This document shows positions 1 through 10,455 of a stretch of 64,000 nucleotides of DNA, in pieces. Position 1 is the first letter of the stretch. Each line of letters opens with the position of its first letter. The translations under genes were made by a program, and so were the position numbers. Where the stretch lies: positions 13,016-77,015 of the forward strand of contig CAZHRF010000008.1 in assembly GCA_964534625.1 (NCBI GenBank). Reading direction: 5' to 3'. The stretch comes from an uncultured archaeon. Lineage in GTDB: Archaea; Asgardarchaeota; Heimdallarchaeia; Heimdallarchaeales; Heimdallarchaeaceae. The notes under the pieces were generated by a model. The model was not told the origin of the DNA. It saw nothing but the letters and a program-made list of their open reading frames with translations, and did not search any database.

Positions 1-843
1 AAAATACTCATGAACCTTATCTCTTTGCATCTCAAGAAGTATGATTTATCAAAAAAAATAGAAGAGTTACATCATGCATTAAATTACATCAGACAGGTGA
101 CACCTTATTTCAAAGAAGTTCATAGAGAAGAGGATCAGGTACCCATCTTGATTTTAGAAGCGAAAATCTTTACCATCATAGGCAAATTGGACAAAGCATA
201 TAACGATTTACAGAAAGCAAAGAATTTAGCAGAAGAGAGTAAGAAGAAAGAGTTAATGTCTTTCATAACTGATAAAGTTCAATTAATAGATCAAGCATAT
301 AAAGGAGAAAAAAAGAAAGAAACCATAGATTGGGGTAAAGACCCTTTCAGTAACGATATAGCTAAACTTGAAGAATATGGCATAAAATACATCCCTATAT
401 TACAAGAAGAAAAAATAATTACTCCATTAGCATTATTGATCTTACATGGTTCTGGTATTCCTTTACGGTCTTATATTGTAACTCGACAAACAGTAAGGGA
501 TGAATTGCTTTTTGGTGGTTTTATTGTAGCAGTTAAAGATATGCTCGAAGAACTGTTCCAAAAGCCTAAAAGTCAAGTTATGGTAATAACTTATGGTAAT
601 CATAAAATAATGATTGAGACATATGAAGATCAGTTTAGTTCAGTTCTTATAGCACCAAAGGATTCGTTTGCGCTTAGAAGGAAAATACACGCGCTAAATA
701 CTGAAATAGCTAAATTAGACTTACCTAAAAAATTCGTTGGGAATTTGTCAGAAGAGTTGACGAATGAACTAGATAAGCATGTAGAGACACTCTTTGGAGA
801 CCTGCTTAAAGTGATATATGCAAAAAATAAATTTGTTATGTAA
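1..843 (+). CDS. 5'-truncated TPR-like helical protein with C-terminal longin-like domain
   Basis: Frame is open from base 1. Helical repeats are followed by 'ALLILHGSGIPLRSY...DELLFGGFIVAVKDMLEELF...VITYGNHKIMIE...SSVLIA', the longin/roadblock-like pattern seen in Asgard proteins. Confidence 0.7.
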   Translation, partial: KILMNLISLHLKKYDLSKKIEELHHALNYIRQVTPYFKEVHREEDQVPILILEAKIFTIIGKLDKAYNDLQKAKNLAEESKKKELMSFITDKVQLIDQAYKGEKKKETIDWGKDPFSNDIAKLEEYGIKYIPILQEEKIITPLALLILHGSGIPLRSYIVTRQTVRDELLFGGFIVAVKDMLEELFQKPKSQVMVITYGNHKIMIETYEDQFSSVLIAPKDSFALRRKIHALNTEIAKLDLPKKFVGNLSEELTNELDKHVETLFGDLLKVIYAKNKFVM

Positions 844-1172
844 CTTTAAAGAACTAACCTGAAATAGAATAAAAGATTAGGAAATATTCTTTTCCTGTAA
901 ACATACTGAAAAGTCAAAAAGCCCAATTTAAAGACAACTATGCCGATTACAGAAAAGCAAAATGCAGTCATGTTTTTTTATTATTCGTATTTTGTGGTAT
1001 CAGAATCACCCATATAGTGCATAACTGAGAATTACACTTTCTGGAGGATGTTTTCCTCACTTTAATTCTAATATTACTATTTTGAGTTACAATCAAATTT
1101 GTTTTTTAATAAGGTTTATATGCTTTTATAGACTATAGTACAATTAAAAGAATATTTAGTAGGAATAAGAAA

Positions 1173-2069
1173 ATGATAGCTACGAATGGTTTTTTTAATA
1201 TGTTTAAAAAAGGTGATAAGGAAAAGAAAGCTATCTTCCATGGAGATACTGAAGATAAACGAGGCAAAAAAGACATTTTAGAAATAGCTTTTTCTTCCGC
1301 TAGTTCCACCATACGTTTAGTCGATCTAAACTTAATAAAAATTAATCTTGAACCTGTGAAATTAATGGATCATCTGGTAAATGTTGTAATAAGTAAAAAC
1401 CATCTCACCAAAATCGATTTAACTCCACTAGGTTCAAAGTCCTCTTTGTTGTTGCTTGATTTGAGAGAAAATAATTTAACTACAATCGATTTACCCCCTA
1501 TTTCATCAACGGTTAAACTACGTGAACTATATCTTGATCATAACTCTTTAACTCATGTTGATTTGTCCCCTTTAAGTACAATTTTTGATTTAGAGCGAAT
1601 ATTTTTAGGTTATAATAAACTAGAAATTATAGACCTTACACCTATTTCTCGTCTTAAAAAGATAGAATTCTTAAGATTTGATTGTAATAAATTAGAGTCA
1701 TTTGATTTTGATTTACTAATTAACATGGATAATATAAGAAGTTTAAATATACGTTGTAATGAAATTAGGAGTATGAATCTTGAACCACTTAGAAATAAGA
1801 TAAACTTAGTGTCACTATCCCTAGGACATAATCCTATTACTTCAATAGATTTATCTCCATTATCAAATTGTAAAAAATTAGAAATTATTCATTTGCTCGG
1901 AACACAAATATCAGAATTAGATGTGAGCCCATTAGAGGAATTAAAAGAATTAATAGAGGTACATGTTGACCCGACGGTGAAAATAAAGTGGACACGTGAT
2001 GAACCAAATTATGATATCCTCCCTAGAGGTTTACAAAAACTCCAAACAAAAATTCAGGAAAATTTCTAA
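1173..2069 (+). CDS. Leucine-rich repeat protein (22-aa internalin-like repeats)
   Basis: Repeated LxxLxLxxNxLxxIDLxPL units. Confidence 0.9.
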   Translation: MIATNGFFNMFKKGDKEKKAIFHGDTEDKRGKKDILEIAFSSASSTIRLVDLNLIKINLEPVKLMDHLVNVVISKNHLTKIDLTPLGSKSSLLLLDLRENNLTTIDLPPISSTVKLRELYLDHNSLTHVDLSPLSTIFDLERIFLGYNKLEIIDLTPISRLKKIEFLRFDCNKLESFDFDLLINMDNIRSLNIRCNEIRSMNLEPLRNKINLVSLSLGHNPITSIDLSPLSNCKKLEIIHLLGTQISELDVSPLEELKELIEVHVDPTVKIKWTRDEPNYDILPRGLQKLQTKIQENF

Positions 2070-2071
2070 CC

Positions 2072-2192
2072 TAGTCCTTCCGAATTAAGAATATAAAATT
2101 GAGTTAAACGTGAGTTAACGTGTTTAAAATGGGGTTAAATTATTTTTTACATATTAATGCAGCTATATTTACACACTATTTTGGAACTACTA
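2072..2192 (-). mobile_element. MITE copy 1 (inverted, 121 bp)
   Basis: Ends TAGTCCTTCCGAATTAAG ... CACTATTTTGGAACTACTA match the TIRs of the copy at 43664-43772 in reverse orientation. Flanks TAACC/TAAAT are a degenerate duplication. Confidence 0.75.
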
Positions 2193-2258
2193 TAAATATA
2201 ATAAGACATATATGATAGCTCCAAAAATTTTTATGCCTAAAAAAGAATCTTATAAATA

Positions 2259-3554
2259 ATGAAACTGTATCAGCAATTATCTGAAGGAGCATTTCCTATT
2301 TCTGTAAATAATCTTTCTCCCTCCTTGGAGTCTTGGGTGGAAGAAGCAGAACAAAGAATTTTCTCATTAGCTACAGGTAATAGACTGGGTCATATAGCTC
2401 CCAAAATAATGGCTATAGGATTAGCAAAGATCCTTTACTCAGCTAATGAGTTAGGATGTGACATTGACTCTGCAAAACCTTATATGTTATTTGCACCCGA
2501 TGGTACTATAACCTTTAATGGTTTACGTATCAAAAGATGTTTCTCGTATGGGGGAATACTCTCAGCTAGTTTTGGTTCATTAATAGCCACCAACAATAGT
2601 ATGCCTAATGGTTGTGGTTTCTCGCTCTTTGAACTAGATCCATCATATACTGATGAGCAATTACTCACCCATCTTCACAATATTGATGAAGAGATGAAAA
2701 AAGAGGATCTAAAAAACATAAGTAAAGGTAACCATTTTGCTTGTCTTTACGAAGTTAAAGACGCCATTACAGGTGAGGATACTGGCCGACGTATTGTAAT
2801 GATTCATTGTAGTGGAAAAGAATCACGTAAAGAAAAAATCTATCATACTGACTGGCTAAGTGAACTAGATGGCTATTATTCTGTTGAAACACCTCATGGA
2901 CAGATTTCTCTTTTAGAATCTGATGCAAAAGCCATGTATCTTGAAGAATTTCATGATTTTGATCAAACCAATCTTAACTATAAACATAAGCTTATGGCAG
3001 ATATGTTTGATGGTTTTGACTATTCATTATTAACAGAAATAACTCATCAAGGTCTTACAAAAGATGGTAAAAAACATCTAATTGGGAGCCAATCACATGA
3101 AGAAGGTATTGTGCCTATCGCCTTTAATGCTGAAGAAGGTTCAATTTTAGTGAAAATAAAAAAGAATTTGTCTAAAGAATTCATAGAAAGGTGGGAATAT
3201 AGAGAAACTATTCAAGAACTAGGTTATGAACAAATCCTTCAAAATAGTAATATTTCACCGCATGGGGGAGGTTATGAGCTCAAGTATCCTATTAAATCAT
3301 TCAATATGGTTCTAAATAAAGAAGGGCTGGAAACATTTACAATCCATGCAAAACCTAAAAACAACCAAAACCTTATCCTAACTGCCCATTCATTCAAAGA
3401 ATTAAGAGAACATATAGTGTATAGGAGAAAACTACCTTTAATGAAGGAAATATTCAAAGCAGAACTAGTAGAACATAAATATGATTTGAAACCACTTAAA
3501 CAGATCCACCCGCGCCCCAGAGAACATATATATGGGATAATAGATAAAAGATGA
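2259..3554 (+). CDS. Divergent RtcB-superfamily protein
   Basis: Collinear RtcB-like motifs: FAPDG..YGG, PNGCG, KGNHF, MIHCSG, THQG, SPHGGG, LKPL. Confidence 0.7.
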   Translation: MKLYQQLSEGAFPISVNNLSPSLESWVEEAEQRIFSLATGNRLGHIAPKIMAIGLAKILYSANELGCDIDSAKPYMLFAPDGTITFNGLRIKRCFSYGGILSASFGSLIATNNSMPNGCGFSLFELDPSYTDEQLLTHLHNIDEEMKKEDLKNISKGNHFACLYEVKDAITGEDTGRRIVMIHCSGKESRKEKIYHTDWLSELDGYYSVETPHGQISLLESDAKAMYLEEFHDFDQTNLNYKHKLMADMFDGFDYSLLTEITHQGLTKDGKKHLIGSQSHEEGIVPIAFNAEEGSILVKIKKNLSKEFIERWEYRETIQELGYEQILQNSNISPHGGGYELKYPIKSFNMVLNKEGLETFTIHAKPKNNQNLILTAHSFKELREHIVYRRKLPLMKEIFKAELVEHKYDLKPLKQIHPRPREHIYGIIDKR

Positions 3555-3636
3555 AAATAGATCTGTAAAGATAGCGACTTAATGAGTTTAGCAATATTTT
3601 CTTGAAATTTATTTTTTTTCTAATTCATTTAATTTT

Positions 3637-3743
3637 TTGTACTTCCGAAATTGTGCTCTACTTATATGATTTCCGCGATGGGATCGCTAAAATTCACTTT
3701 AAATGAATAGATTCCTTGGATATTTCTTAATTGGTGAGGACTA
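3637..3743 (+). mobile_element. MITE copy 2 (107 bp) with ATTTT 5-bp target-site duplication
   Basis: TTGTACTTCCGAAATTGTG ... CTTAATTGGTGAGGACTA. ATTTT at 3632-3636 and 3744-3748. Interior resembles the 43664 copy. Confidence 0.75.
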
Positions 3744-3787
3744 ATTTTGAAGATAGTTTTAAAAATTAGTGCTAGAAATTAACTAGT

Positions 3788-4678
3788 ATGACTGCAAAGA
3801 TAGGATTAATGGTTGACTCAGCTTGTGATTTACCAGATAAAATTTTAGAAAAGTATGACATGTATTTACTGCCTCTAGGGATAACATTTCCAGATGAAAA
3901 CAAAACATACAAACACCGAGTTGATATAACAGAAGAAGAATATAATAAAAAAATAGCCTCAGCAAAAGAACACCCCCACACGACCCAAGCAAATGGTTAT
4001 GACTTTGTTCAATTGCTTGAAAAAATTGAAAAGGATGGATATGCAAAAGTGTTTTATGTTTCCATAGGATCAGGTATTAGCGCTAATTATAGCACAGTAC
4101 AAGGCCATCTCAAAAGATATAAGAAAATGGGAGGAAAACTAGAAGTGCATATCTATGATTCACTTCAAGGCTCTATGGGAATCGGAATACAAGCAATTCG
4201 AGTTGCACTTTGGATACAAGAAGGTAAAAGTATCGATGAACTAGTTGAAGAATTAGACCTTTTCAGAAAGGAAAATATCAAAGTAACTTTTACAGTGAAA
4301 AGTCTGAAATATTTAATGCGCGGTGGGCGTGTGAGTAAGCTCAAATATGCTTTTGGTTCACTCTTACATATTAACCCTTGTATGGAAGTTTCCATTGATG
4401 AAGGTAAATTAGAAGTATTTACAAAATCTCGAGATTACTTAGAATCAGTAGAAGTAATTGTTGATAGAGCATATGAGTATTTTGAGAATAAAGATAATCT
4501 TGCTTGTTATATAGTAGAAGGCAATGCGACTGAAGGGGCAGAAAAAGCTAGAGAATATATAAAAACCAAATACCCCGATATTACGATTTATGATACATAC
4601 AAGTTAGGTGCGGTTATCTATACCCATTCAGGTCCAGGAACAGTAGAAATAGTTTTATTCAAAGACTTCAAACACTAA
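3788..4678 (+). CDS. DegV/FakB family fatty-acid-binding protein
   Basis: VDSACDL, PHTTQA, SGISANY, YDSLQGSMG, LKYLMRGGRV, THSGPG motifs. Confidence 0.92.
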   Translation: MTAKIGLMVDSACDLPDKILEKYDMYLLPLGITFPDENKTYKHRVDITEEEYNKKIASAKEHPHTTQANGYDFVQLLEKIEKDGYAKVFYVSIGSGISANYSTVQGHLKRYKKMGGKLEVHIYDSLQGSMGIGIQAIRVALWIQEGKSIDELVEELDLFRKENIKVTFTVKSLKYLMRGGRVSKLKYAFGSLLHINPCMEVSIDEGKLEVFTKSRDYLESVEVIVDRAYEYFENKDNLACYIVEGNATEGAEKAREYIKTKYPDITIYDTYKLGAVIYTHSGPGTVEIVLFKDFKH

Positions 4679-4846
4679 TCGGTATATAACTTCTTATTTT
4701 TCTTTTGTTTCTTAATCTCATTAACTTCTTTTCTCTTAATCTCATTTTCTTTAATATATCAAACCTCATACTTAAAATAGAGCATGTGACAAAGGTTAAT
4801 CCTTATAATCTTGTACGAGAACAATCAATGACAATGGAGAGATAAA

Positions 4847-5581
4847 ATGCATAGAGATATTTGGAATATTGCCCATAGAGGTTTTTCAGGAGCATACCCA
4901 GAGAATACGATGATAGCTTTTAAAAAAGCAATATTTAACCATGCAGATATAATAGAAATTGACTTACAATTAACAAAAGATAATATTATCGTCGCTTTCC
5001 ATGATAGAAAGGTAGATCGAATCTTGGCTGATCATAAAGGAAAACGTATTAAAGATTTTCATTACAAAGAGTTACAAAAATTAGATGCGGGAAGTTGGTT
5101 CGATTCATCTTTTGAAGGAATAAAAATCCCTTCTTTGCATGATATTATGACCGAATTGCCGTCTAATATCTCATTAATACTCGAAATTAAGGATACGAAT
5201 CATATTTTGATTGAAAAAATGCTTAACTTACTCGATGATTATAGTCGGACACTTGGTAAAGGTTACATTTCTGTAAGAGATATGGAAACTTATTCTATTG
5301 TTAAGGAGCAGAATCAGAAGTATAAAATAGGTGTTATGCAAAAGAAAAGAACACCCGTAGAAACAATAGATCTGATCAAACAACATGAGTTATCTATTAT
5401 TCAGATTAGGTGGCGTAAATGGTCAGAAGATGAATGGGAAGAACTCTTGAGGATAAACCCTGTTATTACTGCTTATTATGCTGATACTATCCCCGATTAT
5501 AAGTATCTAATAAACAAAGGAGGAAAGGGCATATTAACGAACTTCCCGAATAAACTTCACCAATTATTAAGGAAAAATTGA
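4847..5581 (+). CDS. Glycerophosphodiester phosphodiesterase (GDPD)
   Basis: IAHRG...PENT, EIDLQLTKD, FHD, LEIK, ILTNFP. Confidence 0.92.
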   Translation: MHRDIWNIAHRGFSGAYPENTMIAFKKAIFNHADIIEIDLQLTKDNIIVAFHDRKVDRILADHKGKRIKDFHYKELQKLDAGSWFDSSFEGIKIPSLHDIMTELPSNISLILEIKDTNHILIEKMLNLLDDYSRTLGKGYISVRDMETYSIVKEQNQKYKIGVMQKKRTPVETIDLIKQHELSIIQIRWRKWSEDEWEELLRINPVITAYYADTIPDYKYLINKGGKGILTNFPNKLHQLLRKN

Positions 5582-5717
5582 TCAATGAACACAATCACTA
5601 CTAATTAAATTTTTCATAGATAGAATAATTTTATTGTTCGGTTGTCGTTGATCCTTTACTTTTTAGCTTTCTCTCATCTCTCGCAAATTTTTTTAGACTG
5701 TTCTTAATAGCTAGTTT

Positions 5718-5966
5718 ATGACTATTTCAGCTTACATATTATTCACAACAAAATTAGGAAAAACACCTGAAGTAATTAGTAAGATAAGATCAATCACTCA
5801 ATTTCAATCGGTAGCCGTAGTTACAGGTGAGTGGGATATAGTTGCCAGAATACAAGTTAAAGATTTAGAAGAACTATATGAAATTACAAGCACTAAACTT
5901 CATCTGATTCAAGGAATAATAGAAACACACACAGCTGTAATTGAAAAAGAGTTAGCTAACGACTAA
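5718..5966 (+). CDS. Stand-alone Lrp/AsnC ligand-binding (RAM) domain protein
   Basis: 82 aa; AYILF...VVTGEWDIVARI...IQGIIETHT; no HTH. Confidence 0.9.
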   Translation: MTISAYILFTTKLGKTPEVISKIRSITQFQSVAVVTGEWDIVARIQVKDLEELYEITSTKLHLIQGIIETHTAVIEKELAND

Positions 5967-6004
5967 TAGTTATTAAAATTATTACATGAGGAGTTGCAAT
6001 CAAG

Positions 6005-7273
6005 ATGCCTTTCTATTCTGGTAAAAGTATGGGTAAATTTCGGAGAAAATTTACCTTCTATTTCTTGGGATTAACCTCTGGACTTCTTACTTCTATTTGG
6101 GTTATTCTTGATATGATAGCTAATCGAAGATATATCACTAATGTCTATCTTTTTGGCGCATTTGAAATGTTTGTAGGGCTTATTGTCTCGCTCCTTCTTG
6201 TTCTTGTTTTTCTAATTCCCATTCCTAATAAAAAGAAACCAAAAATGTTGATTGGGCATTTATTTGATCCTTCTTTCAATAAAATAGTACTGCCCAAAGA
6301 TAAACAAGCTCTCTATACTTTGTTAGCTGGGCTTTCTGCTGGTGGTAATACAATACTTTACTTTATCTTGATAGGTAAATATGATGCATCGGTAATCATG
6401 CCCTTTAGCCAGTTTGTATTAATCTACCTTTTAGCTGGAGATGCGATAACAGAAAGAGAGAAACCTGTTTTAATAGAAATACAATCAATCATCACAATTA
6501 CAATAGGCGTGATAATAGCTTCCATAACACAAGATGCGGCAATCTTCGATATGCAAGGATTCTTATTAGTTATAGGACCATTTAGCCTCTTTTCTGCTTT
6601 CTATACCTACTTCCAGAAAAAAGCACTTGCTGTAAAAGATGACAAAGGAAAGAAAATGGATACAGTTAATTTACGTTTATGGACATTGCTGATAATGGTT
6701 ATTATACAAATCTCATTCTCATTACCATTTATATCTTTCGAAGATTGGCAAGAATTACAGCTAAACTGGGTTTTCTCTTTGCCTTATATTATTTCCTCTA
6801 TGCTATTAGTTTATATTGGAGTTATATTTTATACTAGGGCTTTGAATATGGGTAAAATGAGCGTTGTTAAATCGCTTAATAGTATTAATGTTATCATGAC
6901 CATACCTTTAGCTGCTTTGGCTTCTTTTTGGTGGTCAGATGTCTTTCAGAATGAATTTTCTACAGTAAGCAGTACAATATTAAAGATGGTCGGGGCGATT
7001 CTTGTTCTAACTGGAGTAATTGCTCTAGCGATGTCTGAAGTACGAGGTATTTTCCTAGCTAAACTGCAACAAGGCGAACCTATTGAGCTTGAAAAATTGA
7101 CAAAAATGGCAGGTATAGACAAAGTTTCTTTTGTCACTGGTAGGTATGATTTGTTAATCTCTATTAAAACAAGGTCTATCGGTAAAACATATAATTTAAT
7201 TGAGAAGAATATATCTAAAATGCCATGGATAGCAGATATCACAACTTTGCAAGTAATGAAAGAATATAATTAA
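6005..7273 (+). CDS. EamA/DMT-family 10-TM transporter fused to a C-terminal Lrp/AsnC RAM domain
   Basis: About 10 hydrophobic helices in two repeats. C-terminal 'GIDKVSFVTGRYDLLISI...ISKMPWIADITT' is a RAM domain. Confidence 0.8.
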   Translation: MPFYSGKSMGKFRRKFTFYFLGLTSGLLTSIWVILDMIANRRYITNVYLFGAFEMFVGLIVSLLLVLVFLIPIPNKKKPKMLIGHLFDPSFNKIVLPKDKQALYTLLAGLSAGGNTILYFILIGKYDASVIMPFSQFVLIYLLAGDAITEREKPVLIEIQSIITITIGVIIASITQDAAIFDMQGFLLVIGPFSLFSAFYTYFQKKALAVKDDKGKKMDTVNLRLWTLLIMVIIQISFSLPFISFEDWQELQLNWVFSLPYIISSMLLVYIGVIFYTRALNMGKMSVVKSLNSINVIMTIPLAALASFWWSDVFQNEFSTVSSTILKMVGAILVLTGVIALAMSEVRGIFLAKLQQGEPIELEKLTKMAGIDKVSFVTGRYDLLISIKTRSIGKTYNLIEKNISKMPWIADITTLQVMKEYN

Positions 7274-7351
7274 ATTAACAGGTATCAGTCAAATGACATT
7301 GATTGACTTTTTTCTTCTTTTATCATGATTAAACTGATTTCGGTAATATTG

Positions 7352-8017
7352 TTAGTTATTCCCACTCATCATTTCATCCATATTTGTTTTAACATATTCT
7401 TTTAGCGCGGTAGGCAATTTCCCATATTTTCTTGTAGAACCATCCCAATATATTTTAACATTAGTATCTATGGTAAGGCTTTCAAGTTTTTGACAATTAG
7501 TTAGCGGTGTTACATTGAGCTCTGTTAAGTTATTACCTAGTACTTTGAATTCTTTAAGTTCAGGTAAATTCTCTAGCGGCGTAAGATCAAGTGTTTCCAG
7601 TAAATTGCCACTCACATTAATTTTTTGTAATGTCTTACAATTAGAAATGGGTTCTAAGTCTAATTTTTTGAGTTGATTCCTGTAAAGGTATAGTTCTTGT
7701 AAATTAGTTAGATTTGTGAGCGGTGTTAAGTCAACAGTACTGATTTTATTTGAAGAAAGATCAAGTATTCTCAAATTTGAGCATTTTTTAAGCGGCTTTA
7801 GGTCTATAAGATCTAATGCATTGAAATTAATAAAAATAGCTTGCAAGTTACATATTTTCTCATTAGAAAGCGGAGATAAATCGATATCTGTAATGAAACT
7901 AAATGAAAAATCTAGTGCTTCATTTATATCTGAGATAGAAAAAGAAATTTGTTTCTCATTGTTTTTCTTTGATTTACAATTGAAATTTAACTCCATGATA
8001 TACCTTAGATGCTTCAC
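7352..8017 (-). CDS. Leucine-rich repeat protein (paralogue of 1173-2069)
   Basis: Same IDLxPL LRR units and a similar C-terminal cap (IDTNVKIYW...LPTALK). The start may be the ATG at 7996. Confidence 0.88.
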   Translation of the reverse strand: MKHLRYIMELNFNCKSKKNNEKQISFSISDINEALDFSFSFITDIDLSPLSNEKICNLQAIFINFNALDLIDLKPLKKCSNLRILDLSSNKISTVDLTPLTNLTNLQELYLYRNQLKKLDLEPISNCKTLQKINVSGNLLETLDLTPLENLPELKEFKVLGNNLTELNVTPLTNCQKLESLTIDTNVKIYWDGSTRKYGKLPTALKEYVKTNMDEMMSGNN

Positions 8018-8290
8018 TTTAAATATTTAATGGAGAAAACAAGATATATTAATTCTAATCTTATCTCTTGGCACATAAAGTTCTATTTGTGGAAAATACT
8101 ACTTACTAGAAGTCATTCTTTACTTATCATTAAGAATTAAAGAAAAAGGGTTGACAAGAGAAAATTTAATTTCCTTTTTTTCTGGGGTATATCATCAACA
8201 ATTACACTATTGAATATATATTCAAACACCAGACCTACTTATCCAAATCTTTTTAATGCCCTCGGTGTCACGATTTTTGAAAAGGTGTTA

Positions 8291-9379
8291 TTGTATTTGA
8301 AACACAAAAACGTACTATTAATAGCAATTGTAACAATAATCCTCGTAGGAGGAGGAACTGCTTTATTGTTGGTTGATATTGGTCCTACAGGTACAAGGAC
8401 TGTAACTGATATGGCAGGAAGAAAAGTATCAATACCCTCTAAGGTTGAACGAGTCGTTGGAGTAGGTCCTGGTGCATTAAGGCTTTTAGTCTATTTAGAA
8501 GCAACTGATTTGGTGGTTGGTGTCGAAACAATTGAACATACCAGTAATAATACAAGACCCTATAATATCGCTCATCCAGGGTTATTAGATCTCCCTTTAA
8601 TTGGCCCCATGCATGGAGGAGATCCTGAGCTTATTGCAGCACAAACTCCCGATGTGATACTTTGGACTTATGCCCAAGCGGGAGAAGCTAATGATTTACA
8701 GACAAAGACCGGAATTCCTGTGATAGTGTTGGGTTATGGATCTTTAGAAGCCGAAAGAGACATATTTTATGCAGCATTAGAATTAACAGCTATTGTCCTT
8801 AATAAAGAAGAAAGAGCCTCATCTCTAATGAACTATTTTGATAATATGATTGCGGATTTAGATAACAGAACGAAAACGATTAGTAATCAAAACCGGCCAT
8901 CAGTTTATGTTGGAGGAGTTAGTTATAGAGGAGCCCATGGCTTAACATCCACTCGATCTATTTATGCCCCATTCAATTTTACTAATTCCTTGAATGTAGG
9001 AGCGAATTTATCAAGTGACCATACCTTTATTGATCCAGAACAACTAATTGAATGGGACCCTGATATAATTTTTGTAGATCAAGGAGGATTAAGTTTGGTT
9101 ATGCAAGATCTGCAAAATACCACCGCTTTCTATTCAACTCTTACTGCTGTTCAAACAGGTGAATTGTATTGTGTTTTGCCTTACAATTTCTACACTGGAA
9201 ATATGGGAACTATATTAGCTGATGCATATTATGTAGGTACAATACTTTATCCAGAGTATTTCACAGATATTGATCCCATTGAAAAAGCTGGAGAGATTTA
9301 CTCATTTCTAGTAGGATCTGATGTTTATGCTACCATGGCCCAAACATTTGGCGGCTTCTATAAGTTAAAGTTGGATTAA
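8291..9379 (+). CDS. Iron-complex/cobalamin-type ABC transporter substrate-binding protein, N-terminally anchored
   Basis: TVTDMAGRKVSIPSKVERVV, DPELIAAQTPDVI, DPEQLIEWDPDIIF. TTG start at 8291 or 8297 follows AAGGTG; the ORF-track start 8210 is probably too long. Confidence 0.88.
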   Translation: MYLKHKNVLLIAIVTIILVGGGTALLLVDIGPTGTRTVTDMAGRKVSIPSKVERVVGVGPGALRLLVYLEATDLVVGVETIEHTSNNTRPYNIAHPGLLDLPLIGPMHGGDPELIAAQTPDVILWTYAQAGEANDLQTKTGIPVIVLGYGSLEAERDIFYAALELTAIVLNKEERASSLMNYFDNMIADLDNRTKTISNQNRPSVYVGGVSYRGAHGLTSTRSIYAPFNFTNSLNVGANLSSDHTFIDPEQLIEWDPDIIFVDQGGLSLVMQDLQNTTAFYSTLTAVQTGELYCVLPYNFYTGNMGTILADAYYVGTILYPEYFTDIDPIEKAGEIYSFLVGSDVYATMAQTFGGFYKLKLD

Positions 9380-9380
9380 C

Positions 9381-10454
9381 ATGATCCGAGATAAAGAAAC
9401 TATAACTTCATCATATGATCAATATGTAAATAAGAAAGTATGGTTTATTGCCATTTCGATAAGTCTCTTGATTTTTTTCATTTTTTTAGGGTTAACGTTT
9501 GGTTCTGCTGATATATCCTTAGGTGAAATAATCAAGGCTTTTTTTAAAAATGGAGATCATGTTCATGAACAAATTATCTGGAAAATAAGATTACCCAGAG
9601 TTTTATCCGCATCTCTTGCTGGTATGGCTTTGGCTGTTGTCGGGGTATCTATGCAAAGTATTCTTAGGAACCCCTTGGGCTCTCCTTTCACCCTTGGTTT
9701 GTCAAATGCTGCTGCTTTTGGTGCTTCATTTGCTGTTATCATTTTAGGCGCAGGATCTCAACATAGTAGTTCTTCTGATGCAGTACTAATTAATAACCCT
9801 TATCTTATTACTCTATCTGCTTTTTTTTGGTGTGCAGTAGCAACTTATTGTGTCTTATTAATAATCAAATTAAAACTTGCAGATCCGAAAACAATGATTC
9901 TCATGGGTATTATAATGGGTTCACTTTTTTCAGCAGGAACAACTGCATTACAATATTTTGCAGATGACGTACAATTAGCTTCAATAGTTTTTTGGACTTT
10001 TGGCGATTTAAGCCGATCAGATTGGAAAAATTTCCTTATTCTCTTACTTGTAGTTTTACCTGGTTCTTTATACTTAATTTCTAATAGCTGGAATTATGCC
10101 ACTTTGAACTCAGGTGATGAAACTGCAATGAGTTTAGGAGTAGATACAGAAAAAATTAGGATACGAGGAATGTTAGTTTCTTCTCTTTTAACAGCAACAG
10201 TAGTGGCTTTTTATGGTATTATAGGCTTTGTAGGCTTAGTTGTTCCACATATTGTACGACGTTTTGTAGGTAATGATGAAAGGTACTTGATACCTGCAAC
10301 AACTGTATTTGGTGGATTATTTCTCTTGGTAGCTGATACAGTAGCTAGGACAATTATTGCGCCAATAGTCTTACCGGTAGGCATTTTAACATCGTTTCTA
10401 GGTGCACCATTGTTCATGTGGCTTTTAATGAAAGAAAAAGGGAGGAACCTATAA
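9381..10454 (+). CDS. FecCD/BtuC family ABC permease
   Basis: IRLPRVL, QSILRNPLGSPFTLG, GIIGFVGLVVPHIVR, LPVGILTSFLGAP. Confidence 0.95.
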   Translation: MIRDKETITSSYDQYVNKKVWFIAISISLLIFFIFLGLTFGSADISLGEIIKAFFKNGDHVHEQIIWKIRLPRVLSASLAGMALAVVGVSMQSILRNPLGSPFTLGLSNAAAFGASFAVIILGAGSQHSSSSDAVLINNPYLITLSAFFWCAVATYCVLLIIKLKLADPKTMILMGIIMGSLFSAGTTALQYFADDVQLASIVFWTFGDLSRSDWKNFLILLLVVLPGSLYLISNSWNYATLNSGDETAMSLGVDTEKIRIRGMLVSSLLTATVVAFYGIIGFVGLVVPHIVRRFVGNDERYLIPATTVFGGLFLLVADTVARTIIAPIVLPVGILTSFLGAPLFMWLLMKEKGRNL

Positions 10455-10455
10455 G

